The position numbers and the translations under genes were made by a program. DNA of 64,000 nt from Syntrophorhabdaceae bacterium (lineage in GTDB: Bacteria > Desulfobacterota > Syntrophorhabdia > Syntrophorhabdales > Syntrophorhabdaceae). The DNA lies in contig OY762209.1 in the NCBI GenBank assembly GCA_963665295.1, positions 3,744,001 through 3,808,000 of the forward strand, written 5' to 3'. How positions within the stretch are numbered: position 1 is the stretch's first letter; every line of letters starts with the position of its first letter. The notes below the pieces were generated by a model. The model was given only the letters and a program-made list of their open reading frames with translations, was not told where the DNA came from and ran no database searches. Below are positions 9,946-19,022 of the stretch, piece after piece.

Positions 9946-10326
9946 ATGTCAGAGGCAACAACTACGAATGGTTACCGTCAGCGATTGGCGAAACTGCACT
10001 ACGACGGAACGGCGCTGTCTCAAGTGGCGCAGATGGCTTTCGGGGATGGCGGCCATAATCCGGACGGCTCACCCAAGACCCCAAACCCGGCACAAACGAC
10101 CCTCGTTCGTGAGGTGCTCAGGAAGAACCTCAGTGCGATTGCGCAGGAAGATCTCTATTCCGTCACTGGGACAGGTCTCATTACCGAAGCAGAGCTTGTG
10201 GGCATCCATATTTCCGAGGCGGGGCTTCTGGATGCATCTGGGAATCTTCTCGGGTTCCGGAATTTCGCCCCAAAGATTAAGGAAGCGGACGAAGAGTATG
10301 AAATCAAAATCAAGCTGAAGTTTTAA
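9946..10326 (+). CDS. Tail fibre/baseplate protein (P1 gpR / DUF3751-like)
   Basis: MAFGDGG, ISEAGLLDASGNL...FAPKIK motifs; strong RBS. Confidence 0.75.
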   Translation: MSEATTTNGYRQRLAKLHYDGTALSQVAQMAFGDGGHNPDGSPKTPNPAQTTLVREVLRKNLSAIAQEDLYSVTGTGLITEAELVGIHISEAGLLDASGNLLGFRNFAPKIKEADEEYEIKIKLKF

Positions 10327-10350
10327 TCCACAGGAAAGGAGGATAAAGAT

Positions 10351-11259
10351 ATGGTGGCATTACCACATGCAGCTATCACGCCCATTCCCAACAATGAGCC
10401 CGATGCCGTTCCGAGCCTCTGGAATGATCGTTATCTGGAAATTGACGAGAATTTCGGAAATCTGAACGGAAGAACAGGAGCCATGGAAAGTGAGGTCCAG
10501 GCCGCGAGAGGCGGAAAGGAGTCTATCAACGCAAGACTGGACCAGGTCGAAACCAACATGGAAGGTCTTGACCCCGAATTTCAGAACAACCTGATTGCCG
10601 CGGTCCTTGCTGCAACCGATATGGCGGCCTTGGCAAACCGCGAGTTGGAACGGTTCCGGCGTGTGCGGATACAGGAGGGCGAAACCACCATCTACAATCG
10701 CGGGATTATCTCGGGCTGCGCGATTACCCGCAAGGCGGCAGGCGTCAGAGTCTTGAGTCTCGCTTTGGGGAGTCTTTTTATTCACGGGAGACGCTACGTA
10801 GTGACTGCCGACACTGACGCGACCGCCGTCCCACCCAACTCCGGCGCAAGTTCCGCCATCTGCTATGTATACCTCTACGTTGACGAAAATGGAGAGGTGC
10901 AGTGCCAGTGCACGGCACTCAATACAGCGGTGCCGAGCAATGGACTTACCATCTACACCATCACCGTTCCGGCGGGAAGCACCGGCGATGGCGATGCCTT
11001 CACGATCACTGATGTGAGACGCGCCGAAGCGGGCTGGCCAAACGTGTTTGCAGCCCCGGTCTACGCAGCGATTGCGTTGCCGTATGTCCTGCCTGACACG
11101 AACTACGGTGTTCACCTCGATGTCGTGTCTTGCGAAGGCGGGCGTCAGCAGATCGGTGACCTTGAGGTGGCAGATCGCCTCACGAACGGCTTCAAAATAT
11201 ACCTGGGAGGCGCGGCTGATGCAGTCTGCATCCGCTACACCGTCCAGCGCATGATTTAA
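10351..11259 (+). CDS. Tail fibre protein
   Basis: NNEPDAVPSLWN N-terminus, coiled coil with EVQAARGG..SINARLD, beta-rich C-terminus with LTNGFKIY; RBS AGGAGG. Confidence 0.7.
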   Translation: MVALPHAAITPIPNNEPDAVPSLWNDRYLEIDENFGNLNGRTGAMESEVQAARGGKESINARLDQVETNMEGLDPEFQNNLIAAVLAATDMAALANRELERFRRVRIQEGETTIYNRGIISGCAITRKAAGVRVLSLALGSLFIHGRRYVVTADTDATAVPPNSGASSAICYVYLYVDENGEVQCQCTALNTAVPSNGLTIYTITVPAGSTGDGDAFTITDVRRAEAGWPNVFAAPVYAAIALPYVLPDTNYGVHLDVVSCEGGRQQIGDLEVADRLTNGFKIYLGGAADAVCIRYTVQRMI

Positions 11260-11269
11260 GGGGGCTACC

Positions 11270-11650
11270 ATGCAAGTTGAAATCTTAGGCAATGGACCTT
11301 TGGCCGAGTACTCAGTAAACGGAACCACCGTGAAGATCGGCGGTGAGGGCGGAGTTGAAATTGACTGCGCTGCATTGCAGTCGGATGCGGCGACCACCAT
11401 CGATATTTGTCGGGATGGAATCGGCAACCTGGTAAGAGGGGTAGGAGACGGAGTGTCCTATGTGGCGTCCCTCATCATTCCTCCGCAGGAAAAAAGCGAA
11501 CAGTTGAAGTACGAGAACGGCAATCCGGTTGTGGATGATGATGGCAAGCAGGTCTATGAGGTGGTCATTGCGCCCCTGAACATGGATAAAGTTCGGCTGT
11601 CGCTGTGGCCCTTCATAAATCCCGAACCGGTATCGCAGGAAAGACTGTAA
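11270..11650 (+). CDS. Tail fibre-associated protein typically found upstream of Mtd-like adhesins
   Basis: IDICRD, YVASLIIP, PLNMDKVRLSLWP motifs; position. Confidence 0.55.
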   Translation: MQVEILGNGPLAEYSVNGTTVKIGGEGGVEIDCAALQSDAATTIDICRDGIGNLVRGVGDGVSYVASLIIPPQEKSEQLKYENGNPVVDDDGKQVYEVVIAPLNMDKVRLSLWPFINPEPVSQERL

Positions 11651-11678
11651 TATCAAAATTTGAAGGAGGTTTTAAGAC

Positions 11679-12695
11679 ATGCTGATTTTTAATAAAGACC
11701 CATTGAGAGCGGCAGTCGAGGCAGCAAGCGGCGGCAGGGTGACGGTGTTGTATGACGACAAGGGATACCCGAGTCACATGGCCATTATCCCGAAATTTCT
11801 GGTGGAGACCATAGATGCCGACCTTGGGACCGGTGTCCATCCGGCATTCCTCGCGAATGGCGTGGAGAAATCCGAGATCTTCATTGGACAGTTTAAGGCC
11901 AACGTGCTTGACGGTCGAGCCCTTTCCCTCCCCGGGTATGATCCTACCGCCAGCGTCAACTTCAATACGGCAAAGGGGTATTGCACAGCCAAAGGCCCCG
12001 GCTGGCATCTGATGAGCAATTGGGAGGCTGCCGCGCTCGCCCTTTACTGCATCAAAAACGGTCAGCCTCGCGGCAATACCGACTACGGCAGGCACCATAC
12101 GTCCATTCATGAATGTGGGCGCCGGCAGGATGGCGTTGCTCCTGGTATCGGCTCCGGTACGGCCCGGGCTCTCAACGGCTCCGGTCCTGCCTCGTGGCGG
12201 CATGACGGCACACTGGCCGGCATCGATGGCCTGTGCGGCAACATCTGGGAATGGGTGGACGGCATGAAGATCGTCGCCGGAAAGTTCTACTTCCCCGACG
12301 ACAACTATTTCACTCAAGCGGAGGGGTCCTGGAAGGATCAGGGCGTGATTATCGCTAATGACAGCGCCGCTAAACTCGGCGTGGCCGGTACGGATACCCT
12401 TTACGCCAATGGTGGCGTTTCCTTTGGTGCCTGGAAGGGATTGACGCGGACCACGGCCTATGCGGCCCTTTCCACGGCGATCAAGAACCGATTTATGCAG
12501 GCCATGATTGATCCGGCATTCGACAACAGCGGCCCGGTTGGAAGTTTCTATTTTGACACGACTACAGAGCGCGTTCCTCTCCGGTTTGGCCATTGGTACA
12601 ACGGCGCCGATGCTGGCGTGGCTGCGTTGGGCTTGCACAACACGCGTTCTAACGTGGACCTGTTCGTCGGGTTTCGCCCCGCCTACATCGGTTGA
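11679..12695 (+). CDS. Mtd-like receptor-binding protein (FGE-sulfatase/C-type lectin fold), DGR target-like
   Basis: VHPAF, GWHLMSNWE, SWRHDGT..GIDGLCGNIWEW and C-terminal RFGHWYNGADAGVAALGLHNTRSNVDLFVGFRPA. Confidence 0.85.
   Translation: MLIFNKDPLRAAVEAASGGRVTVLYDDKGYPSHMAIIPKFLVETIDADLGTGVHPAFLANGVEKSEIFIGQFKANVLDGRALSLPGYDPTASVNFNTAKGYCTAKGPGWHLMSNWEAAALALYCIKNGQPRGNTDYGRHHTSIHECGRRQDGVAPGIGSGTARALNGSGPASWRHDGTLAGIDGLCGNIWEWVDGMKIVAGKFYFPDDNYFTQAEGSWKDQGVIIANDSAAKLGVAGTDTLYANGGVSFGAWKGLTRTTAYAALSTAIKNRFMQAMIDPAFDNSGPVGSFYFDTTTERVPLRFGHWYNGADAGVAALGLHNTRSNVDLFVGFRPAYIG
12570..12690 (+). other. Putative DGR variable region (VR) and GC-rich IMH-like 3' end
   Basis: Codons at positions that are usually Asn/Ile in the family consensus are all NNY (cat, tac, gat, ggc, cac, gac, ttc, gtc), followed by gggtttcgccccgcc. 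Confidence 0.6.
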
Positions 12696-12715
12696 GTGAA
12701 GGTCCGTTAATCTGC

Positions 12716-12737
12716 GGGGTGGGTTATCACCCACCCC
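12716..12737. promoter_or_regulatory. Perfect 9-bp stem / 4-nt loop hairpin (DGR target hairpin, or terminator)
   Basis: GGGGTGGGT-TATC-ACCCACCCC, 20 nt after the Mtd-like stop. Confidence 0.7.
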
Positions 12738-12886
12738 TTTAAGCTGTGATAGGGGAGAATGACGAGGAATCTGATTGTCTATGAGAAAGAACTTTCGAAA
12801 TGAGCAAAGCGGCTGAAGGACAGGACAATCTATGGCAGGTTCTGGCCAGAGCGGTATTCACGAGGACATAAGGAAGGAGGTGGACC

Positions 12887-13480
12887 ATGATTCATATCGA
12901 TTTTGACAAATTCAACAAAGTGGGGTTGAAGCCGATTCTGGAAAAGTTCGAGAAGGAGGGTTTGCCGGTTGCCGGCGTGGAGGCCGATAACAAGGCGAAG
13001 CGCGAATCCGGATTTCAGGTAAAATCAGCAACCATCAACTTCGAGAGTGGGCAAAAACTTCTTGTGAAAACGAAAGCTGGCGGTTCAATTTTCCAGGTCA
13101 AGTTGAACAATAAAGTCTTGGCCATCAAGAACGTTGACGACCTCGACAAGGCTATCCAGGAAGTTATCGATTATGCCAAGGAAAATGAGAAGAACTATCA
13201 GAAACAGAGGGAAAAGCAACTTGCCCGGCAGAAAGTGAACGTTCCCAAGATTACGCCTGCCAACGCCTCGGTAGCAGAGCAGATCACACAGTACCAAGCG
13301 ACTCTTGACGAAACGAGGGCTGCCGACGAGGACCTGAGCACCCAAGTGACAGACGTTGAGAATACCAATGCCGAGAAAGGCAGTACTGTAAGTGTCCTCG
13401 AAAACGAACTGAACGGGTTGGTGGCCGCGGGAGAGGCCCTTCAAAATGAATATGACCAACTGAAGGAGGTGGCAGCATGA
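12887..13480 (+). CDS. hdf: Hdf-like protein (DarA N-terminal homolog), virion antirestriction component
   Basis: IDFD....GLKP, KAKRESGFQVK...FESGQ...GSIFQVKLN motifs plus coiled coil; immediately upstream of darA as in P1. Confidence 0.7.
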   Translation: MIHIDFDKFNKVGLKPILEKFEKEGLPVAGVEADNKAKRESGFQVKSATINFESGQKLLVKTKAGGSIFQVKLNNKVLAIKNVDDLDKAIQEVIDYAKENEKNYQKQREKQLARQKVNVPKITPANASVAEQITQYQATLDETRAADEDLSTQVTDVENTNAEKGSTVSVLENELNGLVAAGEALQNEYDQLKEVAA

Positions 13481-15450
13481 ATCCGCTGACGGAGGGAAAG
13501 AAGATTACGCTGGGATATGACTATTTCGCTAAAGGCTTCACCGCCCCCCAGCTATTGGAGGCATATTACAGGCTGATTGCTGACAAGGAGCAGGCGCGTT
13601 TACTCTTTGAGACAGCCTCCATTGACCAAGTGGATGAGGTCTACAACCCCGGAGATGCCTATGACGAGAATGACCGGATGACGACCAAGGAAATGGTGAT
13701 GGAGGCTGTCTCGGTCCAAAAGTTCGCCCGAACGGATACCAAAATGGCGGCACTCGTACGTGTCTTCAATGCTTATCTGAAGGACAAGAATATTGAAGCC
13801 CAGGTGCCCATCATCGGTACACCAAGGAAGTCAGGCCTCTTCGCAACTGTGACTGTGCAGATTCCATTCAGCGACGGCCAAGTGGTGAGTATCATATTCC
13901 ACAGTCCGGACAACAATAAGATGAAGATCACGGCTGATGATGAAATCATTGCTTTCCGTTGGCTCCTGAACAAGAGGGACATCACTCACGTCGTTTCCCC
14001 GGAGAACGATGCCGAAGTCAGTTTGCAGGAAATCGGCAAACGAACCGCTCAATTGGTTGAAAAGAACAGTGCTCGCTTCCAGGCCATGCAAAAGGGTCTG
14101 ATTGAGCAGAAGAAGAATCTCGAAGAGATTAAAACACAGGCCGAAGAAGCAGTGAGACAGCACGATGAACTCATGGGCAAGCTCAAGGAAGGCCAGGGTG
14201 TCTTGGAGACGATAGATGCAAAGATTGCCAACCTGAAAGACCGGATAGTCAAGCAGAAAGCGTTTAACGATGATCTACAAACGAAGATCGACGCGCTGAA
14301 GGCAAAGCGGGCCGGGAATGATGGGAAAGCGGTAGGCGGGGATACGCCGAAGACGGAGGCAGAGATAAAGGCCGAGCACGAACGGGCTGCCTACGAAGAG
14401 AAACGTTCGGCGCTGGGAAGCGAGCTTACGGGTCGCGGGTTTATCGACAACGGCATGGGATGCGTATGGGATAAGGAAGGTTTCGGATATGCCCAGGCCA
14501 GTGGTGTGGATGGATACGGTATTACGGTCGGGCTTGCTGATGGAAGCAAGAAGACCTTCTCCTCGGCCACCCTCGCGGGATTCGACAAACAGGCCTCCAA
14601 CGCTCTCGCCTGGATCGACAAGAACCTTAAAGGGGTAGCGACTCCCGAGATCACGATTGACCCCGCTCTTTCTTCCATGGATGCGACTGCTGGTTTTGCT
14701 GAGTTTGTCGCGAAACAGGACGAGGGACACAATGAGGGTTACAGCCCAAAAGAAAGCGTCTTGAATATCGACGCCGTTGCAAAGAGTGAGGGTCTGGAAG
14801 CCCAATGGTCGGAAGGGGAGGATGACGGGATGCCAATTGCGGTTGGTACTTTCACTATATCGAATGGCAATCAGATCGGCGGGACCCAGATCAGCCCGGA
14901 CGGAAAGGCCGTCTTTCTTCTGAACGGCGAGCGGTACCGAGGTAGTTACTACCTGGCAACCGCCGATGGTGAGACCCAGGATGCGGCCGTGAAAGAAATC
15001 GCCGGAATCATCAAGGCGAAAGCCGAGAAGGACGAAAGGAGCAATCAGGCAGATGAAACGAATCGCCTTATCGAAGTAGGGAAAGGGGTAGTACCGGGTG
15101 TCCGTCTGCAGGACGCAGAAGAAGCAGGAAGATTGTGGGAAATGAAGGGTCGCGGCGAGTTGACCCAAGAGGAATGGGATAAGTACGTTGCCGATCTCCA
15201 GGCATCCAATAAGGTGGCAGCACCTGAGCCTCAGTCTAAGAGCTCCACGGAGACCGATGGCCCAGCAGCCATAAGCGTGCTCAACGATATCCTGGCAGGG
15301 AAGTACGACGACGATTCTACGAGGTTGGGCGAGGCCCTTGATCAGGCAGCTTCCGAACTGGAAAGGGACGGAAAAGCCGAGGCGTATGATGCGTTGCTTA
15401 ACCAGTGCGCCGATTACTTGACATCCATTCTGAAGAAGGAGGCAGCCTAA
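13477..15450 (+). CDS. darA: DarA-like defence-against-restriction protein
   Basis: IPFSDGQVVSIIFHSP...FRWLLNKRDITHVVSPE...LVEKNSARF (DarA N region) and C-terminal LDQAASELE...YDALLNQCADYLTSIL (DarA C region). Confidence 0.8.
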   Translation: MNPLTEGKKITLGYDYFAKGFTAPQLLEAYYRLIADKEQARLLFETASIDQVDEVYNPGDAYDENDRMTTKEMVMEAVSVQKFARTDTKMAALVRVFNAYLKDKNIEAQVPIIGTPRKSGLFATVTVQIPFSDGQVVSIIFHSPDNNKMKITADDEIIAFRWLLNKRDITHVVSPENDAEVSLQEIGKRTAQLVEKNSARFQAMQKGLIEQKKNLEEIKTQAEEAVRQHDELMGKLKEGQGVLETIDAKIANLKDRIVKQKAFNDDLQTKIDALKAKRAGNDGKAVGGDTPKTEAEIKAEHERAAYEEKRSALGSELTGRGFIDNGMGCVWDKEGFGYAQASGVDGYGITVGLADGSKKTFSSATLAGFDKQASNALAWIDKNLKGVATPEITIDPALSSMDATAGFAEFVAKQDEGHNEGYSPKESVLNIDAVAKSEGLEAQWSEGEDDGMPIAVGTFTISNGNQIGGTQISPDGKAVFLLNGERYRGSYYLATADGETQDAAVKEIAGIIKAKAEKDERSNQADETNRLIEVGKGVVPGVRLQDAEEAGRLWEMKGRGELTQEEWDKYVADLQASNKVAAPEPQSKSSTETDGPAAISVLNDILAGKYDDDSTRLGEALDQAASELERDGKAEAYDALLNQCADYLTSILKKEAA

Positions 15451-15451
15451 C

Positions 15452-16912
15452 ATGCGACTCTCATTCTCTGAAAAAAGGGCACTTCAAAAGACCATTATGA
15501 CAAACCTCGCCAGCCTCCAAGGAAGTGATTTGTCCTTCCAGGACAAAAGACGGTTCCAGAAGGAAATCCAGGACGCCTTTGCCAAGCTCAAGGAGAAACT
15601 GGACATCGTTGATACCGGCGAACCACAGATGGGGCCTGCAACGATGGACGACGTCAATAATGTCATGCCTTTATTGCAACACTTTATCGGTGCATCCCAG
15701 TTAGCCGCGATGGGAGATGGCGTGCGGGGTGAGGAGGGACAATTCTTCAAAGACAAGTTTATCGAAATTGCCAGAACCATTGACGCCATGCCGAAGACCT
15801 ACGGTCAGGACGGCAAAGGTGACGATGCGATGGTGTACCTCCACTATTTCAAGGGTGGGTCCGATTGGTATATCACGGAAAAAGATCAAGAGACGGAGCA
15901 AGCCCAGGCGTTCGGTTATGCAATTCTGAATGGCGACAAGCAGAACGCCGAATTGGGGTATATCAGCATTGAGGAGTTGACAAAGCTCGGCGTCGAGCTT
16001 GATCTGTATTGGAGTCCCAAAACGCTCGGAGAGATCAAAGGCACCGCGCCCGCGCAGGGAAAAGCCTCCGGGAACGAAAATCAGAGACTATCTGACCTGA
16101 TTGCCGGCAAATACAATAACGAGCCACCGGAGGGGTTCCTGAAGATCTTGAAGGAGATCATAGAGGAAATCAACGACATTGAGCCTGTAAAGCCGCCCAC
16201 CATCACCTACATCGAGACGAACCAGGACAAGATCAATTCGATCATGGAAAGCGCCCTGGAAGAGGTCTTTGGGAGACTGTGGGAGAAGACGAGTGGATTT
16301 CCTCCTCGACCAATAGAAACATTGTCTTCGCCACAACCGGCCAGTGATGCCGTAAGGATCAAGAATCAGGACGGCGACTATGGGCCGCCGAGGAAGATCA
16401 GCATTGACATCGATGACGATTTCTATGGCCCGACCGCGTTTCGCGCGGTGATCAGAGCCATTGAAGAGGCCCGGGCGGGAGACACGATTGAAATCAAGGT
16501 GAATTCGAACGGGGGAGATACCCAGTCGGCACAGGCCATTTATGTGGCCTTGTTGAAGACGCTGGCGAAGACGAAAGCGATCATCATCAACGCCTATTCC
16601 GCGGGAAGCATCGTCGCAATGGCCTGCGATGAGATAGAGCCGACGCCATTCTGCAGCATGATGGTCCATAATGCTTCCACATTCAGCGGGGGTAAACTCG
16701 GGGACCTGGCTGGTAAGGCTACATTCTTGAATGACTATTTTGGTGAGTGGTATCAGCAGCTTTACGCCGGATTCCTCTCTGATGAGGAATTGAAGGACGT
16801 TATCAAGGGTCAGGATTTCTGGCTGAAAGAACCTCAGATAAGGGAACGCCTGAAGAACTGGAAACCGATCCGTCAGCGGTTACAGGAAAACGGAACGATC
16901 AAGGCTGCCTGA
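15452..16912 (+). CDS. DdrA-like protein with inserted DUF2958-like domain and C-terminal ClpP/S14-like protease domain
   Basis: Position after darA. MPKTYGQDGKG...LHYF..GSDWYITE...AELGYISIEEL (DUF2958-like). VNSNGG...AYSAGS...MMVHN...QDFWL (ClpP-type Ser/His/Asp). Confidence 0.7.
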   Translation: MRLSFSEKRALQKTIMTNLASLQGSDLSFQDKRRFQKEIQDAFAKLKEKLDIVDTGEPQMGPATMDDVNNVMPLLQHFIGASQLAAMGDGVRGEEGQFFKDKFIEIARTIDAMPKTYGQDGKGDDAMVYLHYFKGGSDWYITEKDQETEQAQAFGYAILNGDKQNAELGYISIEELTKLGVELDLYWSPKTLGEIKGTAPAQGKASGNENQRLSDLIAGKYNNEPPEGFLKILKEIIEEINDIEPVKPPTITYIETNQDKINSIMESALEEVFGRLWEKTSGFPPRPIETLSSPQPASDAVRIKNQDGDYGPPRKISIDIDDDFYGPTAFRAVIRAIEEARAGDTIEIKVNSNGGDTQSAQAIYVALLKTLAKTKAIIINAYSAGSIVAMACDEIEPTPFCSMMVHNASTFSGGKLGDLAGKATFLNDYFGEWYQQLYAGFLSDEELKDVIKGQDFWLKEPQIRERLKNWKPIRQRLQENGTIKAA

Positions 16913-16913
16913 A

Positions 16914-19022
16914 ATGCCAACTCCGCTTGTCAAAAAGCTTGCCGAGGAAAATGGCATCGACATTCAGGAAGCCGAGAAGTGGTGGGATAAGGCAATGAAG
17001 ATTGTCGAGGAACAGGCCGGTTTGTCCGAGGATGATGGAGAAGACTACTGGAAGTATGTGGTCGGGGTTTTCAAGAAGTCCATGGGCGCCGGCGAGGATG
17101 ACAGCATTTCGGAAAGCTCCGGTGGCCGCCCTGGGAAAAAGGATAGGTTAAAAGTGGTATACCCCCAACGAGTCCGAGAAGCGAGGTCGTTCTCGGAGAT
17201 CCTGCAAATCTTCTCCATGCTGTTTCCGTACGCCGTGGATTCGCATTCATGGGATGCAGAATACGAGGCGGCAAAGAAATTCAGGGTTCTTTTCGAAGGG
17301 TTTCAACAGGAATCCGATGTTGAACGTAAATATGAGATTGCCTGCGAGATGGAGGAGTTCTCCCGGTCATTTCGTTATAAAGGCGGTTTTCTGACCATGG
17401 CTGGCGATGGTGCGGAGTCGAGAGAGGTATTGAAATTTGTGGCGCCCTCATCGATTGGCGCATTTCTTCTGGAAAGAAACTGTCAGGAGGGTGAAAACGC
17501 CATCGCAGAGATCATTCCCGATTACAAGGAGAAGTTGAGCGCCCAACGAGACCTTCAGGCAAGAATGGACCAGATAGAAAGAGATTATGGCCTTAATCTA
17601 TCCGACACGTTACTCAGGAAGAAGGAAGAGGTTGATTCCGCGAAGCGAGAGTGTGGCGTCCTTGGTCTGCAGACCAGAGCGGATGCGTTAAAAAATGAAC
17701 AATGGGAGTGGACAAGAAACCACACAAGGACTATGCCGCTTCGTAGTGAAGCAGAGGCTTATGCAAGGTGGCAGCGGGAGCTTGATGACTATAACGGAGA
17801 AAAAGGTAAGCGATTTCAAGAACTTATGGACAAGTCCTATGAACTCGAAAATATTCATGTAAAACCCGTGCGTGACAGATGGAACGCTGAGATCGCACAG
17901 GCCGAAAACGAGAGAAACAGAGAGGTTTCCCTCTTACAAGAGGCCGAGAGGGAGCTTGAGGACGCAGTCGGTGGAGCCCTTATCTTCAAGATACTGGAGT
18001 CATCTCCTGTAACCAAAGAAGATGCAGGCCAATGGGTAAAGAACCAGAGGGTGAGTAAGTCGGCAGTTATCCGACTGAAGAAGCAGGGATATGAAGAAAG
18101 TGCCCTTAGGGATCACATGGCCGAATTCTATAGACTGACAGGCGGAAGGATCGGAAAGGCTTTTATCGAAACGAAGGGAGACAAGAGGGCGAAGGCTGCC
18201 TTTTGGGATGGAACTATCTATATTGACGGAAGTTTTACGAAGCGGACCCTCTTTCACGAGATGGGGCACCTACTGGAAAGAGAGCCAAAATTAGAGGCCA
18301 TGGCAGAGACATTCCGTGACGGGAGGGCAAAGAAGGAAAAGGGAACGAAGACTCTGAAAAGCATCACGAACAATCCGGCGTACCGGTCTGATGAGGTCGC
18401 CTACACCGATGACTTTTTTGATCCTTATGTTGGAAAAGTCTATAGGAACAATTGCACTGAAGTGCTTTCCATGGGGACGCAAATGTTTTCTTCTCCTCAA
18501 GATGCCACGTTTCTGGCAAGTCGGGATCCACAGATGTTCAATATGATGCTGGGCTTCATGCTCTCCAAGCCCACTGCCCGCGAGATCGCCAAAAAAGAGA
18601 TGATTCAGGAAGTGGCTTCGGACATGGTGAGCGAACGAGACCGGCTTGATAAGTTCTACCAAACCCTGACGAAAAGGGCCAAGGATGGTTCGTTTTGGGA
18701 AGGGAAAGGCTCTGGATTGATTTCCAGGCTTGAAGGTTACGGCAACGGAAAGGGAAGCGGGAAGACAATGGTTCTTTACTACTATCCCGGAGATCTGCAG
18801 CAGGGACCGGGTGAGTATGTGCAGTCGAGCTTTTTCAAAAACAGACAGGCAGCAAAAAACTTTGCCTATCTCTACCTTCTTTATGTCCAGAAGGGAATCA
18901 TAACCAGCAAGGATGAAGCCTCCCGTCTCAGCTATGCCATAGCTAACTGTGTGCTGAGAAAGACAATACCTCCAAAACTGACAATTGACGATCTTCCAAC
19001 GTTTATCGAGGAGTTGAAATGA
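16914..19022 (+). CDS. DdrB-like protein with zincin metallopeptidase domain
   Basis: TLFHEMGHLLE (HExxH at 18255-18269) followed by DDFFDPYVGKVY...TEVLSMG; position matches P1 ddrB. Confidence 0.7.
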   Translation: MPTPLVKKLAEENGIDIQEAEKWWDKAMKIVEEQAGLSEDDGEDYWKYVVGVFKKSMGAGEDDSISESSGGRPGKKDRLKVVYPQRVREARSFSEILQIFSMLFPYAVDSHSWDAEYEAAKKFRVLFEGFQQESDVERKYEIACEMEEFSRSFRYKGGFLTMAGDGAESREVLKFVAPSSIGAFLLERNCQEGENAIAEIIPDYKEKLSAQRDLQARMDQIERDYGLNLSDTLLRKKEEVDSAKRECGVLGLQTRADALKNEQWEWTRNHTRTMPLRSEAEAYARWQRELDDYNGEKGKRFQELMDKSYELENIHVKPVRDRWNAEIAQAENERNREVSLLQEAERELEDAVGGALIFKILESSPVTKEDAGQWVKNQRVSKSAVIRLKKQGYEESALRDHMAEFYRLTGGRIGKAFIETKGDKRAKAAFWDGTIYIDGSFTKRTLFHEMGHLLEREPKLEAMAETFRDGRAKKEKGTKTLKSITNNPAYRSDEVAYTDDFFDPYVGKVYRNNCTEVLSMGTQMFSSPQDATFLASRDPQMFNMMLGFMLSKPTAREIAKKEMIQEVASDMVSERDRLDKFYQTLTKRAKDGSFWEGKGSGLISRLEGYGNGKGSGKTMVLYYYPGDLQQGPGEYVQSSFFKNRQAAKNFAYLYLLYVQKGIITSKDEASRLSYAIANCVLRKTIPPKLTIDDLPTFIEELK

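Noticed and set aside
11613..12734. 373-aa minus-strand ORF opposite the Mtd-like gene (likewise 10360-11427, 14275-15453, 36481-38016 and 52999-53964)
   Set aside because: Antisense shadows of well-supported genes, with no motifs or RBS.
9946..12886. P1-type Cin invertase and invertible tail fibre segment
   Set aside because: No serine recombinase ORF, no inverted fibre gene copy and no evident cix-like inverted repeats.
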